Shown here: positions 25,481 through 39,918 of the stretch, piece after piece
Position numbering within the stretch: position 1 is the first letter of the stretch
How the letters are laid out: each line of letters begins with the position of its first letter
Origin: the human T2T-CHM13v2.0 reference genome, Homo sapiens
Reading direction: 5' to 3' (one strand)
NCBI RefSeq assembly: GCF_009914755.1
Contig: NC_060938.1
DNA length: 64,000 nt
Translations under genes and position numbers: made by a program
Notes under the pieces: model-generated
Databases searched by the model: none
What the model saw: the letters and a program-made list of their open reading frames with translations, nothing else
Told to the model about the DNA's origin: nothing

Positions 25481-27891
25481 GTGGAGTGGAGTGCAGTGGA
25501 GTTCAGTGGAGTGTATTGGAGTGCAGTGCAATGGAATGGAATGGAATGGAATGGAATGGAGTCTAGTGGAATGCAAAAGAATGTAATGGAGTAGTGTGGA
25601 GTGGACTGGATTGCAATGGAATGGAATGGAGTGGAATGACATGGAATGGATTGGAATGGAACGGAACGGAATGGAGTGGAGTGAAATGGAATGAAGTGGA
25701 TTGGAGTGGAATGGCCTGGAGAGGAAAGGAAAGAAATAGAATGGAATGGGGTGGAGGGAATTGAATGGGGTGGAGTGGAGATGAGTGGAGTGGAGTAGAA
25801 TGGATTGGAGTGGAATGGAGTGGAGTGGAGTGGAATGGAGTGCAGTGGTGTGGAGTGGATTAGAGAGGATTTTAATGGAGTAGAATGGAGAGAAATGCAG
25901 TGGAGTGGAATGGAATGGACTGAAGTGCAATGGAATGGAATGGAAACGAATGGAATTGAACGGAATGGAATGGAACGGAAAGGAACAGATTGGAGTGGAG
26001 TGGATTGGAGTGGATTTGAGTGGAGTGGATCGGAGTGGTGTGGAATTTAATGGAATGGAATGGAAAGGAATGGAATGGAGTGGAGTGGAATGGAATGGAG
26101 TGGAGTAGAGTGGAATGGAATGGAGTGGAGTAGAGTGGAATGGAATGGAATGAATTGGAATGGAATAGAGTGGAGTGGAAGGGAATGGAGTGGAGTGGAA
26201 TGGAATGGAATGGAAAGAAATGGCATGGAACAGAACGGAATGGAATGGAAAGGAATGGAATGGAGAGGAGTGGAGAGGTGTGGATTGGAGTTGAGTGGAG
26301 TGGATAGGAGTGCACTGGAATGGAATGGAATAGAATGGAATTGAATGGAATGGTATGGAAAGGAGTCGAGTGGAATGGAGTGGAGTGGCATGGAGTGGAG
26401 GGAAGTAGAGTGTAGTGGAGTGTAGTGGAATGGAATGTAATTGAGTGGAGTGTAATGGAATGGAATGGTGAAATGAAATGTGTGCTAAGATTCTGCCACT
26501 GCAATCCAGTCTGGGTGACAGAGTGAGATCCAGTCGAAATGATGGAAAGGAAGGGAGTAGAAAAGAAAGGAATGGAATGGAGTGGAGTGGAATGGAATGG
26601 AGTGGAATGGAATGGAGTTTAGTGGAATGGAGAAGAGTGGAATGGAATGGAGTGGAGTGGAATGGAATGGAGTGGAATGGAATGGAGTTTAGTGGAATGG
26701 AGTAGAGTGGAATGGAGTTGAGTGAATGGAGTGGAGTGGAATGGAGTGGAGTGGAGTGGAATAAAATGAAATGGAATGGATTGGAATGGAAGGAATGGAG
26801 TGGTGTTAGTGAAACGGAGTGGAGTGGAATGGAGTGGAGTGGAGTGGAATGGAGTGGAGTGGAGCAGAGGGGAATGGAGTGGAATGGAATGGAATGGAAT
26901 GGAGAGGAATGGAGAAGAATGGAGTGGAATGTAATGGAATGGAGTGGAGTGGATTGGAGTGGAGTGGAGTATATAGGAGTGGAATGGAGTGAAATGGAGT
27001 GGAGTGGACTGGAGTGGAGTGGAATGCAATTGAGTGGAATTGAAAGGAACGGAACAGCTGCAACAGAACGGAATGAAATGGAGTGAGTGGAGTGGAGTTG
27101 AGTGCAGTTGATCGGAGTGCAGTTGCATGGAATGGAATGGAATGGATTGAAATTGAGTGGAGCAGAGTTGAGTTTAGTGGACTGTAGTGGAATGGAGTGG
27201 AGTGGAGAGGACTGCAGTGGAGTTGAGTGGAATGGGGTGGAATTGAGTGGAGCAGAATGGAGTCGAGAGGAATGGAATGGAATGCAATGGAATGGAACGG
27301 AATGGAATGGAACAGAACGGAATGGAGTAGAGTGGAATGGAGTGGCGTTGAGTGTAGTGTAGTGGCTTGGAGTGGAATGGAATGGAATAGAATGAAATGG
27401 AATGGAATGGTGAAATGAAATGTGAACTGATTGTTCCACTGCCCTCCAGTATGTGTGACAGAGTGAGATCCAGTCAAAATAAAGGAATGGAAGGAAATGG
27501 AGTAGAATGGAATGGAATGGAGTGGAGTGGAATGGAATGGAGTGGAATGAAATGGAATGGAGTGGAATAGAATGGAGTGGAGTGGAATAGAATGGAATGG
27601 AGTGGAATGGAGTGAAATGGAATGGAGTGGAATGGAAGGAATGGAGTGGAATGGAGTGGAGTGGAGTTGAATGGAGTGGAGTGCACTGAGTGGAACGGAT
27701 TGGACTGGAATGGAATGGAGTGGAATGGAATGTAATGGATTGTATTGGAATGAAATGGAATGGACTGGAATGCAATGGATTGGAGTGGAGTGGATTGTAG
27801 TGGAGTGGAGTGGAGTGGGATGGAGTCGAATGGAGTGAAATGGAGTGGAGTGGAGTGGAGTGGAATGAAATGGAATGGAATGGAACGGAAT

Positions 27892-27968
27892 GGTGAAATG
27901 AAATGTGAGCTGAGATTGTGCCACTGCACTCCAGCCTGGGTGACAGAGTGAGATCCTGTGGAAAGATA
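27892..27968 (+). mobile_element. Well-preserved example of the Alu 3'-end cassette
   Basis: gtgagctgagattgtgccactgcactccagcctgggtgacagagtgagatcctgt matches the Alu end GTGAGCCGAGATCGCGCCACTGCACTCCAGCCTGGGCGACAGAGCGAGAC with each CpG changed to TpG. Confidence 0.92.
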
Positions 27969-30900
27969 GGGAAGTAATGTTATGGAGTGTACTGAAATTG
28001 AATGGAATGGAATGTAGTGGAGTGGAGTGCAGTGGAATGGAGTGGAATGCAATGTGATTCAATGGAAAGGATCGGAGGGGAGTAGAGTGCAGTGGAATGG
28101 AGTGGAATGGAATGGGATGGAATGGAGAGGAGAGGAGAAAAGTGTAGTGGAGTCGAATGGAATGGAGTGGAGTGGAGTTGAGTGGACTGGAATGGAATGG
28201 AGTGGAATGGAATGGAAAGGTGAAATGAAATGTGAGCTCAGATTGTGCCACTGTGCTCCAGCCTGTGTGAGACAGTGAGACCCTGTCGAAAGAAAGGGAT
28301 GGAATGGAATGGTGTGGAATGGAAAGGAACGGAATTGAATGGAGTGGAGTGGAGTGGAATGGAGTGGGATGGAATGGGATGGAAAGGAATGTAATGGTTT
28401 TGGGTGGAGTGGAGTGGAGTGATGTGGAATGGAGTGGAATGTAATGGGATGGATTGGAATGGAGAGGACTGGAGTGGATTGGAATGGAATTGAATGGAAT
28501 GGAATGGAATGCAGTGGAGTGGAAAGGAGTTGAGTGCACTGGAATGCAATGTAATGGAACGGAATGGAATGGAATGGTGAAATTAAATATGAGATGTGAT
28601 TGTGCCACTGCACTCCAGCCTGTGTGACAGAGTGAGATGCTGTCAAAAGAAAGGAATAGAATGGAATGGAATGGAATGGAATGGAATGGAATGGAACAGA
28701 ATGTAGAGGAGTGGAGTGGAGTGGATTGAGTAGAATGGAGAGGAATGGAATGGATTGGAATGAGATGGGATGGAATTGAATGGAATGTAGCAGAGTGGAG
28801 TGGACTGGAATGGAATGGAATGGAATGGACTGGAATGTAATGGAATGGAATGGCGTGGCGTGGAGTGGAGTGGAATGGAATGGTTTTGAGTGGAATTGAA
28901 TTGAGCGGAGGGTAGTGGAATGAAGTGGAGTGGAATTGAGTGGAATTGAAAGGATGGAATGGAATAGAGTGGAGTGGTTTGGAGTGGACTGGAGAGGAAG
29001 GGAGTTGAATGGAATGGGATGGAATGGAATGTAGTGGAGTGGAATGGAATGGAACGGAGTGGAATGGAATGGAATGGAAAGGAATGGAACGGAATTGAAT
29101 GGTGATGTGAAATGTGAACTGAAATTGTGTTACTGCACTCCAGCCTGGGTGACAGAGTGAGATCCTGTCAAAAGAAAGGAATAGAATGGAATGGATTGGA
29201 ATGGAATGGAATGGAATGGATTGGAATGGAATGGAATGGAATGGAATGGAATGGAATGGAATGGAGTGGAGTGGAGTGGAATGGAGTGGAATGTAATGGG
29301 ATGGAATGACATGGAGTGGAGTGGCGTGGAGTGGAATGGAGTGGAGAGGAGTGGAATGGAATGGAATGGAATGGAATGGAATGGAATGGAATGGAATGGA
29401 ATGGAATGGAATGGAGTGGAAAGGATATAGTGGAATGGAGTGGAATGGAACGGATTGGAATGCAGTGGAATGGAATGGTGAAACGAATTGTGAGCTGTGA
29501 TTGTGCCACTGAACTCCAACCTGGGAGAGAGAGTGAGATCCTGTCGAAAGAAAGGAAAGGAACTGAATGAATGCAATGGAATTGAATGGAGTGGAATGGA
29601 GTGGAGTGGAGGGGACTGGAGTGGAGAGGAGTGGAGTGGAGGGGAATGGAGTGGTATGGAATGGATGGAATGGAATGGAATAGAGTGGAGAGGAGTGGAG
29701 TGGAGTGGAATGGAGTGGAATGAAATGGGATCGAATGGAGTGAATTGGAGTGGAGTGGAGTGGAGTGGAGTGGAATAGAATGGAATGGAATAGAATGGAA
29801 TGGAATGGAATGGAATGGAATGGAATGGAATTCAATGGAATTCAATGGAATGGAATATAAAGGAATGGATTGGAATGGAATGGTGAAATGAAATATGAAC
29901 TGAAATTGTGTCACTGAACTCCAACCTGGGTGACAGAGTGAGATCCTCTCAAAAGAAAGAAATGGAATTGATTGCAGTATAATGGAATGTAATGGAATGG
30001 AGTAAAGAGAAATGGAGTGGAGTTGAGTGGAATGCAGTCTAATGGAACCGGATGGAATGGAGTGGAGTGGTGTGGAGTGCAATGGAATGGAATTGAATGG
30101 AAAGGAGTGGAATGGATATGGTGGAGTGGAGTAGAGTGGAAAGGAATGGAACGGAACGGAATGGAATGGAATGCAGTGGAAAGGAATGGTGAAATGAAAT
30201 GTGAGCTGAGATTGTGCCACTGCACTCCAGCCTGGGAGACAGGGTGAGATCTTGTAGAAAAAAAGGAATGGAACGGAATACAGTGTAATAGAATGGAATG
30301 GAATGTAGTGGAGTGGAATGTAGTGGAATGGAATGGGATGGACTGGAATGGAGTGCAGTGGTGTAGAGTGGACAGAAGTGGTAGGGAGTTGAATGGAATG
30401 AAGTGGAGTGGTGTGGAGTGGACTGGAGTGGAAGGGAGTTGAATTTAATGGGATGGAATGGAATGGAGTGGAGGGGAGTGGAGTGGAATAAAATGGAATA
30501 GAATGGAATGCAATGGAATGGAATGGAATGGAATGGAATGGTGAAATGAAATGTGAACTAAAATTGTGTTACTGCACTCCAGCCTGGGTGGCAGAGTGAG
30601 ATCCTGTCAAAAGAAAGGAATGGAATGGAATGGAGTACAATGGAATGGAATGGAATGGAATAGAGTGGAGTGGAGTGGAGTGGAGTGGAGTGGAGTGGAG
30701 TGGAATGGATTGGAATGTAATGTAATGGAATCACATGGAGTGGAGTGGAGTGGCGTGGTTTGGAATGGAGTGGAATGGAGTGGAATGGAATGGAGTCGAG
30801 TGGAGTGGAATGGAATGGAATGGAATAGAATGGAGTGGAATGTAATGGAGTGGAGAGTAGTGGATTGGGGTGGAGTGGATAGGAGTGGAATGGAGTGGAA

Positions 30901-32548
30901 TGGAGTGAAATGGAATGGAGTTGACTGGAGTGGAGTGGAATGGAATGGAGTGGAATGGAAAGGAATGGAAAGAACTGGAACAGAACGGAATGAAACGGAG
31001 TGAGTGGAGTGGAATGGAGTTGAGTGGAGATGATCGGAGTGTAGTTGCATGGAATGGAATGGAATGGAGTGGAGTGGAGTAGAGTGGAGTTTAGTTGATT
31101 GTAGTGGAATGGAGTGGAGTGAAGTGGAGAAGACTGCAGTGGAGTTGAGTGGAATGGAATGAAATTGAGTGGAATGGAGTGGAGAGGAATGGAATGGAAT
31201 GGATCGGAATGCAATGGAATGGAATGGAACAGAACGGAATGGAGTAGAGTGGAGTGGAGTGGAGTGGAGTGGAGTGGAGTGGAATGGAATGGAACAGAAA
31301 GGAATGGAGTGGAGTGGAGTGGAGTGGAATGGAATGACATGGAAAGGAATGGAATGGAATGCAATGGAATGGAAAGGGGAAATGAAATGTGAGCTAAGAT
31401 TGTGCCACTGCACTCCTGTCTGGGTGACAGAGGAAGATCCAGTCGAAATAATGGAATTTAAAAGAATGAAGTAGAATGGAATTGAATGGAGTGGACTGGA
31501 ATGGAATGTAATGGATTGGAGTATAGTGGAGTGGAATGGAGTGGAGTGGAATGGAGTGGAGTGGAATGGAGTGGAGAGGAGTGGAGTGGAATGGAGTTTA
31601 GTGGAATGGAAAGGAATGCAGTGGAAATGAACGGAATGGAGTGGAATGGACTGGAGTGGAGTGGAATGGATTGGAGTGGAATGAAGTGTTGTGGAATGGA
31701 GTGGAATGGAGTGGAATGGACGGGAATGGAATTGAATGGAATGGAATGAAGTGCATTGGAATGTAATGGAGTGGAGTGCAGTGGGTTGGAGTGGATTGGA
31801 GTGGAATGGAGTGCAGTGGAAAGGAGGGTAGTGGAAAGGATTAGAGTGGAATGGAACAGAATGGAACAAAATGGAATGGAATGGAATGGAGCGGAGTGGA
31901 GTGGAGTTGACTGGAGTGGATCAGAATGCATTGGAATGGAATGGAATGAAATGGAATGGAGTGTAAAGTCGTGGAGTGGAGAGGAGTGGATTGGAATGGA
32001 GTGGAGTGAAGTGGAGTGGAATGCAATGGAATGGAATAGAATGAAATGGAATGGAATGGTGAAATTAAATGTGAGCTAAGATTGTGCCACTGCACTCCAG
32101 TATGTGTGACAAAGTGAGATCCAGTCGAAATAAAGGAATGGAACGAAATGGAGTATAATGGAATGGAATGGAGTGGAGTGGAATGGAATGGAGTGGAATC
32201 AAATGGAGTGGAGTGGAATGTATTGGAGTAGAATGGAGTGGAGTGGAATAGAGTGGAATGGAGTGGAATGGAGTGAAATGGAATGCAGTGGAGTGGAAGG
32301 AATCAAGTGGAATGGAGTGGAGTGGAGTCGAATGGAGTGGAGTGCTCTGAGTGTAATGGAGTGGAGTGGAATGGAATGGAGTGGAATGGAATGGAATGGT
32401 ATGGACAGGAATGAAATGGAATAGAGTGGAATACAATCGAGTGGAGTGGAGTGGATTGGAGTGGAGTGGATTGGATTGGAATGGAGTGGAGTGGAATGGA
32501 GTCAAACGGAGTGAAATGGAGTGGAGTGGAGTGGAATGAAATGGAATA

Positions 32549-32730
32549 GGAATGGAATGGAATGGAATGGAATGGAATGGAATGGAATGGAATGGAAAGG
32601 AAATGAATGGAATGGAATGGAATGGAATGGAATGGAATGGAATGGAATGGAATGGAATGGAAATGAATGGAATGGAATGGAATGGAATGGAATGGAATGG
32701 AATGGAATGGAATGGAATGGAATGGAATGG
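32549..32730 (+). repeat. Nearly pure (GGAAT)n tract
   Basis: About 36 pentamers with no GGAGT; a ggaaatgaat interruption occurs twice, 60 bp apart. Confidence 0.9.
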
Positions 32731-35700
32731 TGAAATGAAGTGTGAACTGAAATTGTGTTACTGCACTCCATCCTGGGTGACAGAGTGAGATCCTGTCAAA
32801 AGAAAGGAATAAAATGGAATGGATTAGAGTGGAACGGAATGGAATGGAATGGAATGGAATGGAATGGAATGGAATGGAATGGAATGGAATGGAGTGGAGT
32901 GGAGTGGAATGGAGTGGAATGTAATGGGATGGAATGACATGGAGTGGAGTGGCGTAGAGTGGAATGGAGTGGAGTGAAGTGTAATGTAATGGAGTGGAAT
33001 GTATATAGGGGAGTGGAGTGGAATGGAATGGAATGAAATGGAATGGATTGGAATGCAGTGGAATGGAATGGTGAAACGAAATGTGAGCTGAAATTGTGCC
33101 ACTGCACTCTAACCTGGGAGAGAGAATGAGATCCTGTCAAAAGAAAGGAATGGAACGGAATGGAGTGCAATGGAATTGAATGGAGTGGAATGGAGTGGAC
33201 TGGAGTAGACTGGAGTGGAGAGGAGTGGAGTGGAGGGGAATGGAATGGTATTGAATGGATGGAATAGAATGGAATGGAGTGGAGAGGAGTGGAGTGGAGC
33301 GGAATGGAGTGGAATGGAATGGGATAGAATGGAGTGAATTGGAGTGGAGTGGAATGGAGTGGAATAGAATGGAATGGAATGGAATGGAATTTAATGGAAT
33401 GGAATGGAAAGGAATGGAATGGATTGGAATGGTGAAATGAAATGTGAACTGAAACTTTGTCACTGCACTCCAGCCTGGGTGACAGAGTGAGATCCTCTCA
33501 AAACAAAGAAATGGAATTGATTGGAGTATAAAGGAATGTAATGGAATGGAATAGAGTGAAATGGAGTGGAGTTGAGTGGAATGGAGTCTAATGGAACCGG
33601 ATGGAATGGAGTGGAGTGGTTCGGAGTGCAGTGGAATGGAAATGAATGGAATGGAGTGGAATGGAATGGAATGGAACACAGTGGAAGGGATTGGTGAAAT
33701 GAAATGTGAGCTGAGATTGTGCCACTGTACCCCAGCCTGGGAGACAGGGTGAGATCCTGTAGAAAGAAAGGAATGGAACGGAATGGAGTGTAATGGAATG
33801 GAATGGAATGTAGTGGAATGGAACGGAATGGAGTGTAATGGAATGGAATGGAATGTAGTGGAATGGAATGGAGTGGAATGGAATGGGATGGAATGGAATG
33901 GAGTGCAGTGGTTTGGAGTGGACTGAAGTGGAAGGGAGTTGAATGGAATGGAGTGAAGTGGTGTGGAATGGACTGGAGTGGAAGGGAGTTGAATGGAGTG
34001 GGATGGAATGGAATACAGTGGAGTGCAGTGAAGTGGGGTGGAATAGAATGGAATGGAATGGAATGGAATGGAATGGAATGGAATGGAATGGAATGGAATG
34101 GTGAAATGAAATGTGAACTGAAATTGTGTTGCTGCACTCCAGCCTGGGTGACAGAGTGAGATCCTGTCAAAAGAAAGGAATGGAATGGAATGGAGTAGAA
34201 TGGAATGGAATGGAATGGAATGGAATGGAATGGAATGGAATGGAATGGAATGGAGTGGAGTGGAGTGGAGTGGAATGGAGTGGAATGGAGGGGAATGTAA
34301 TGGGATGGAATGACATGGAGTGGAGTGGCGTGGATTGGAATGGAGTGGAGTGGAGTCGAATGGAATAGAGTGGAATGGATATAGTGGTGTGGAGTGGAAT
34401 GGAATGCAGTGGAATGGAATAGAATGCAGAAGAGTGGAGTGGAGTGGAATGGAATGTAATGGAATGGAAAGGAATGCAATGTAATGGAATGCAATGGAAT
34501 GGTGAAATGAAATGAGAACTGAAATTGTGCCACTGTACTCCATCCTGGGTGACAGAGTGAGATCCTGTCGAAAGAAAGGAATGGAATGGAAAGGAGTGTA
34601 GTGGAATGGAATGGAGTTGAGTGAAGTGGAGTGGATTGGAGTGAATAGAATGGGATGGAGTGGAATGGAATGGAGTGGATAGGAGTGGAGTGGAGTTGAG
34701 TGGAGTGGATTGGAGTGGATTGGAGTGGAATGGAATGGGATGGAATGGAAAGGAGTGGATTGGAGTGGCATGGAATGGAGTGGAATGGAATGGGATGGAA
34801 TGGAATGGAGTGCAGTGGAGTGAAGTGGAGTGGAGTGGAATGGAATCGAATGGAATTTAAAAGAATGGAATGGAATGAAAAGGAATGGAATGCTATGGTG
34901 AAATGAAATGTGAGCTGAGACTGTCCGACTGTACTCCATCCTGGGTGACAGAGTGAGATCCTGTCTTAAGAAAGGAAAGGAATGGAATGGATTGGAAAAT
35001 AATGGAGAGGAATGGAATGTAGTGGAGTGGGTGGTGTGGAGTGGAGTGGACTGGAGTGGAGTAAAGTGGAGTGGAGGGGAATGGAGTGGAATAGAATGGG
35101 ATGGACTGGAATGGAATGAAGTGGAGTGGAGTGGAGTGGAGTCGACTGGAGTGCAGAGAAGTGGAATGGAGTGGAATGGAAAGCAATGGAATGGACTCGA
35201 GTGGAGTGGAGTGGAGTGGAATGGAGTGTAGTGGAATGCAATGGAATGGAATGGAATAGAATGTGATGGAATGCAATGGAATAAAATGGTGAAATGAAAT
35301 ATGAGCTGAGATTGTGCCATGGCACTCCAGCCGGGGTGTGAGAGTGAGATCCTGTCAAAAGAAAGGAAAGGAGTGGAAAGGAGTGGAATGGAATAGAATG
35401 GAGTGGAGTGGAGTGTAGTAGAGTGGAGTGGAATGGAATGCGATGGAGTGGAATGGAGTGGAGTGAACAGGAGTGGACTGGATTGGAGTAAAGTGCAGTG
35501 AAGTGGAGGGGAGTGGAGTGGAGGGGATTGGAGTGGAATAGAATGGGATGGATTGGAATGGAATGGAATGTAGCTGACTGGAGTGGAGTGTATTGTAATG
35601 GAATGGAGTGGAGTGGAATTGAATAGAATGGAGCGGAGTTAAATGGAGTGGAGTGGAGTGGAGTGGAATGGAATGGAATGGAATGGAATTGAACGGAATG

Positions 35701-38700
35701 GAAAGGAAAGGAATGGAATGGAATGGAATGGAATGCAATGGAATGGAATGGAGTGGAATGCAATGGAATGAAATGGAATAGAATGGTGAAATAAAATGTG
35801 AGCTGAGATTGTGCCACAGCACTCCAACCTGGGTGTGACTGTGAGATCCTGTCGAAAGAAAGGAAGGGAATGGAATAGAATGGAGTGGAGTGGAGTTGAT
35901 GGGAGTGGAATAGAGTGGAATTGAATGGGATGGAGTGGAATGGAGTGGAGTGAAGTGGAGTGGAATGGAGTGGAATTGAATGGGATGGAATGGAATGGAG
36001 TGGAGTGGAGTGGAATGGAATAGGATGGAACAGAATGGAGTGCATTGCAGTGGAGTGGAGAGGAGTGGAACAGAGTGGAGTGGACTGGAGTGGAGTAGAA
36101 TGGAATGGAATAGAATGGAATGGACTCGTGAAATGAAATATGAGCTGCAATAGTGCCACTGCACTCCAGCCTGGGTAACAGAGTGAGATCCTCTCAAAGA
36201 AAGGAATGGAATCGAATGGAGTGGATTGGAATGGAGTGGAATGGAGTGTAGTGGAGTGGAGTGGAGTTGAGTGGAGTGCACTGGAGTGGAATGGAGTGGA
36301 ATGGAATGGTGAAATGAAATGTAAGATGAGATTGTGCTACTGCACTCCAGCTTGTGTCACAGAGTGAGATCCTGTCAAAAGAAGGGAATGGATTGCAGTG
36401 AAGTGGAATTGAAAGAAATGGAATGGAATGGAATGGAATGGAATGGAATGGAATGGAATGGAATGGGATGGAATGGAATGGAATGGGATGGGATGGAATG
36501 GAATGGGATGGGATGGAATGGAGTGGAATGGGATGGGATGGAATGGAATGGAATGAAATGGTATGGAATGGAAAGGAGTGGAGTGGACTGGAGTGGTGTG
36601 GTATGGAGTGGAATCTAATGGGACAGAATGTAATGGAATGGAGTGGAGTGGAGTGCAGTGGAGTGGAATGGAGTGGAATGGAATGGGATGGAGTGTATTG
36701 ATGCGGAGTGGACAGGAGTGGAGTGGAGTGGACTGGAGTGGAAGGGAGTGGAGTGGAGTGGAGCAGAATGGAACAGAATGGAACAAAATGGAATGGAATG
36801 GTGAAATAAAATGTGAGCTGAGATTGTGCCACTGCACTCCGGCCTGGGTGACAGAGTAAGATCCTTTCAAAAGATAGGAAAGTAATGTAATGGACTGTAT
36901 TGGAATTGAATGGAATGGAATGCAGTGGAGTGGAATGGAGTGGAGTGGAATGGAGTGGAATGTAAAGTGATGCTATAGAAAGGATCGGAGTGGAGTGGAG
37001 TGGAGTCGAATGGAATGGAATGGAATAAGATGGAACGGAGAGGAGAGGAGAGGATTGGAGTGGAGTGGAATGGAATGGAATGGAGTGGAGAGGAGTTGAG
37101 TGGACTGGAGTGGAATGGAATGTAATGGAATGGAGAGGTGAAATGAAATGTGAGCTCTGATTGTGCCACTGTACTCCAGCCTGTGTGACAGAGTGAGACT
37201 CTGTCAAAAGAAAGTGATGGAATGGAATGGAGTGGAATGGAAAGGAATGGAATTGAATGGAGTGGAGTGTAGTGGAATTGAATGGAGTGGAATGGAGTGG
37301 AGTGTAGTGGAATGGAATGGAGTGGAATGGAGTGGAGTGGAGTGGAATGGAGTGGAATGGAATGGGATGGAAAGGAATGTAATGGTTTGGAATGGAGTGG
37401 AGTGATGTGGAATGGAGTGGAATATAATGGGATGGATTGGAATGGAGTGGAGTGGGATGGAATGGAGTGGAATGGAATGGAATGGAATGGAATGGAGTGG
37501 AATGGAATGGAATGGAGTGGAATGGAATGGAATGGAATGAAATGGAGTGGAGTGGAATGGAATGGAGTGGAGTGCACAGGAATGCAATGGAATGGAACAG
37601 AATGGAATGGAATGGTGAAATTAAATGTGAGCTGTGATTGTGCCACTGTACTCCAGCCTGGGTGGCAGAGTGAGATGCTGTCAAAAGAAAGGAATGCAAT
37701 GGAATGGAGTGGAATGGAATGGAGCGGAATGGAGAGGAGTGGTGTGGAGTGGAGTGCAGTGGAGTGGAGTGGAGTGGAGAGGAATGGAATGGAGTGGAAT
37801 GGGATGGGAAGGAATTGAATGGAATGTAGCGGAGTGGAGTGGACTGGAATGGAATGGAATGGACTGGAATGGAATGGAATGGCATGGAGTGGAGTGGAGT
37901 GGAGTGGATTGGAGTTAAATAGAATGGAATTGAATGCAATGGAATGGTGAAATGAAATGTGATCTGAGATTGTGCCACTGCACTCCAGCCTCAGTGACAG
38001 AGTGAGACTCTTTCGAAGACAACGAAGGGAATGGAATGGAGTGGAATGGAATGGAATGGAGTGGAGAGTAGTGGAGTGGAGTGAAGTGGAGTGGAGAGGA
38101 ATGGAATAGTTTGGAGTGGAATTGAATGGAGTGGAGGGTAGTGGAGTGAAATGGATTGGAATGGAGTGGAATGGAATGGGTTGGAATGGAGTGGAGTGGT
38201 GTGGAGCGGACTGGAGTGGATGGGAGTTGAATGGAATGGAGTGGAGTGGTGTGGAGTGGACTGGAGTGGAAGGGAGTTTAATGGAATGGGATGGAATGGA
38301 ATGGAGTAGAGTGGAGTTTAATAGAATGGGATGGAATGGAATTGAATGGAAAGGAATGGAATGGAATGGAATGGAATGGAATGGAATGGAATGGAATGGA
38401 ATGGGATGGTGAAATGAAATGTGAACTGAAATTGTGTTACTGCACTCCACCCTGGGTGACAGAGTGAGATCCTGTCAAAAGAAATGAATGGAATGGAATG
38501 GAGTAGAATGGAATGGAATGGAATGGAGTGGATTGGAGTGGAGTTTAGTGGAGTGGAGTGGAATGCTGTGGAATGGAATGGGATGGAATGGAATGGAATG
38601 GAATGGAGTGGAGTAGAGTTGATTAGAGTGGAGTGGAGTGGAGTGGAATGGAGTGGAATACAATGGAATTCAATGGAATGGAGTGGAGTGGATTGGAATG

Positions 38701-39284
38701 TAGAAGGGTGGACTGGAATGAAGTGGGATGGAACGGAATGGAATGGAATTGAATGGAACGGAGTGGAGTGGAATGGAATGGAATGGAATGGAATGGAATG
38801 GTGAAATGAAATGTGAGCTGAGATAGTGCCGCTGCACTCCAGCCTGGGTGACAGAGTGAGATCCTGTTGAAAGAAAGGAATGGAATGGAATGGAATGGAA
38901 TGGAATGGAATGGAATGGAATGGAATGGAATGGAGTGGAGTGGAGTGAAGTGGAGTGGAGTGGAGAGGAATGGAGTGGAATGTGATGGGATGGATTGGAG
39001 TGGAATGGAGTGGAATGGAGTGGAATGGAGTGGATGGAATGGAATGAAATGGATTGGGATGGAGTTGAGTAGATTGAAGTGGAGTGGAGTGGAGTGGAGT
39101 GGAGTGCAGTGGAATGTTATGGAATGGCAATGAATGGAATGGAATGCAATGCAATGTAATGGTGAAGTGAAATGTCAGCTGAGATTGCTCCACTGCACTC
39201 CAGCCTGGGTGAAAGAGAGATATCCTGTCGAAAGAAAGGAATGGAATGGAATGGAATTGTGTGGAATGGAATGGAATGGAAGGG

Positions 39285-39350
39285 AGTGTAGTGTAGTGTA
39301 GTGTAGTGTAGTGTAGTGTAGTGTAGTGTAGTGTAGTGTAGTGTAGTGTA
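39285..39350 (+). repeat. (AGTGT)n pentamer tract
   Basis: About 13 perfect gtagt units. Confidence 0.9.
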
Positions 39351-39775
39351 ATGGAATGGAGTGGAGTGTAGTGCAGTGGAGTGGAGTGGAGTGGAGTGGA
39401 GAGGAATGGAGTGGAATGTGATGGGATGGATTGGAGTGGAATGGAGTGGAATGGACTGGACTGAAGTGGAGTGGATTGGAGTGGAATGGAGTGGAATGGA
39501 GTGGATGGAATGGAATGAAATGGATTGGAATGGAGTTGAGTGGATTGAAGTGGAGTGGAGTGGAGTGGAGTGGAGTGGAGTGGAGTGGAGTGCAGTGGAA
39601 TGTTATGGAATGGAAATGAATGGAATGGAATGCAATGCAATGTAATGGTGAAGTGAAATGTCAGCTGAGATTGCTCCACTGCACTCCAGCCTGGGTGAAA
39701 GAGTGATAACCTGTCGAAAGAAAGGAATGGAATGGAATGGAATGGAATGGAATGGAATGGAATGGAATGGAATGG

Positions 39776-39918
39776 AGTGTAGTGTAGTGTAGTGTAGTGT
39801 AGTGTAGTGTAATGGAGTGTAGTGTAGTGTAGTGTAGTGTAGTGTAGTGTAGTGTAGTGTAATGTAGTGTAGTGTAGTGTAATGTAGTGTAGTGTAGTGT
39901 ACTGTAGTGTAGTGTAGT
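39776..39918 (+). repeat. (AGTGT)n pentamer tract, longer copy
   Basis: About 28 gtagt units with aatgg, aatgt and actgt interruptions. Confidence 0.9.

Noticed and set aside
27892-27968. Cassettes as Pol III ncRNA genes (7SL, scAlu or BC200-like)
   Set aside because: Only the 3' ~55 bp of the Alu is present; the internal A and B boxes are missing.
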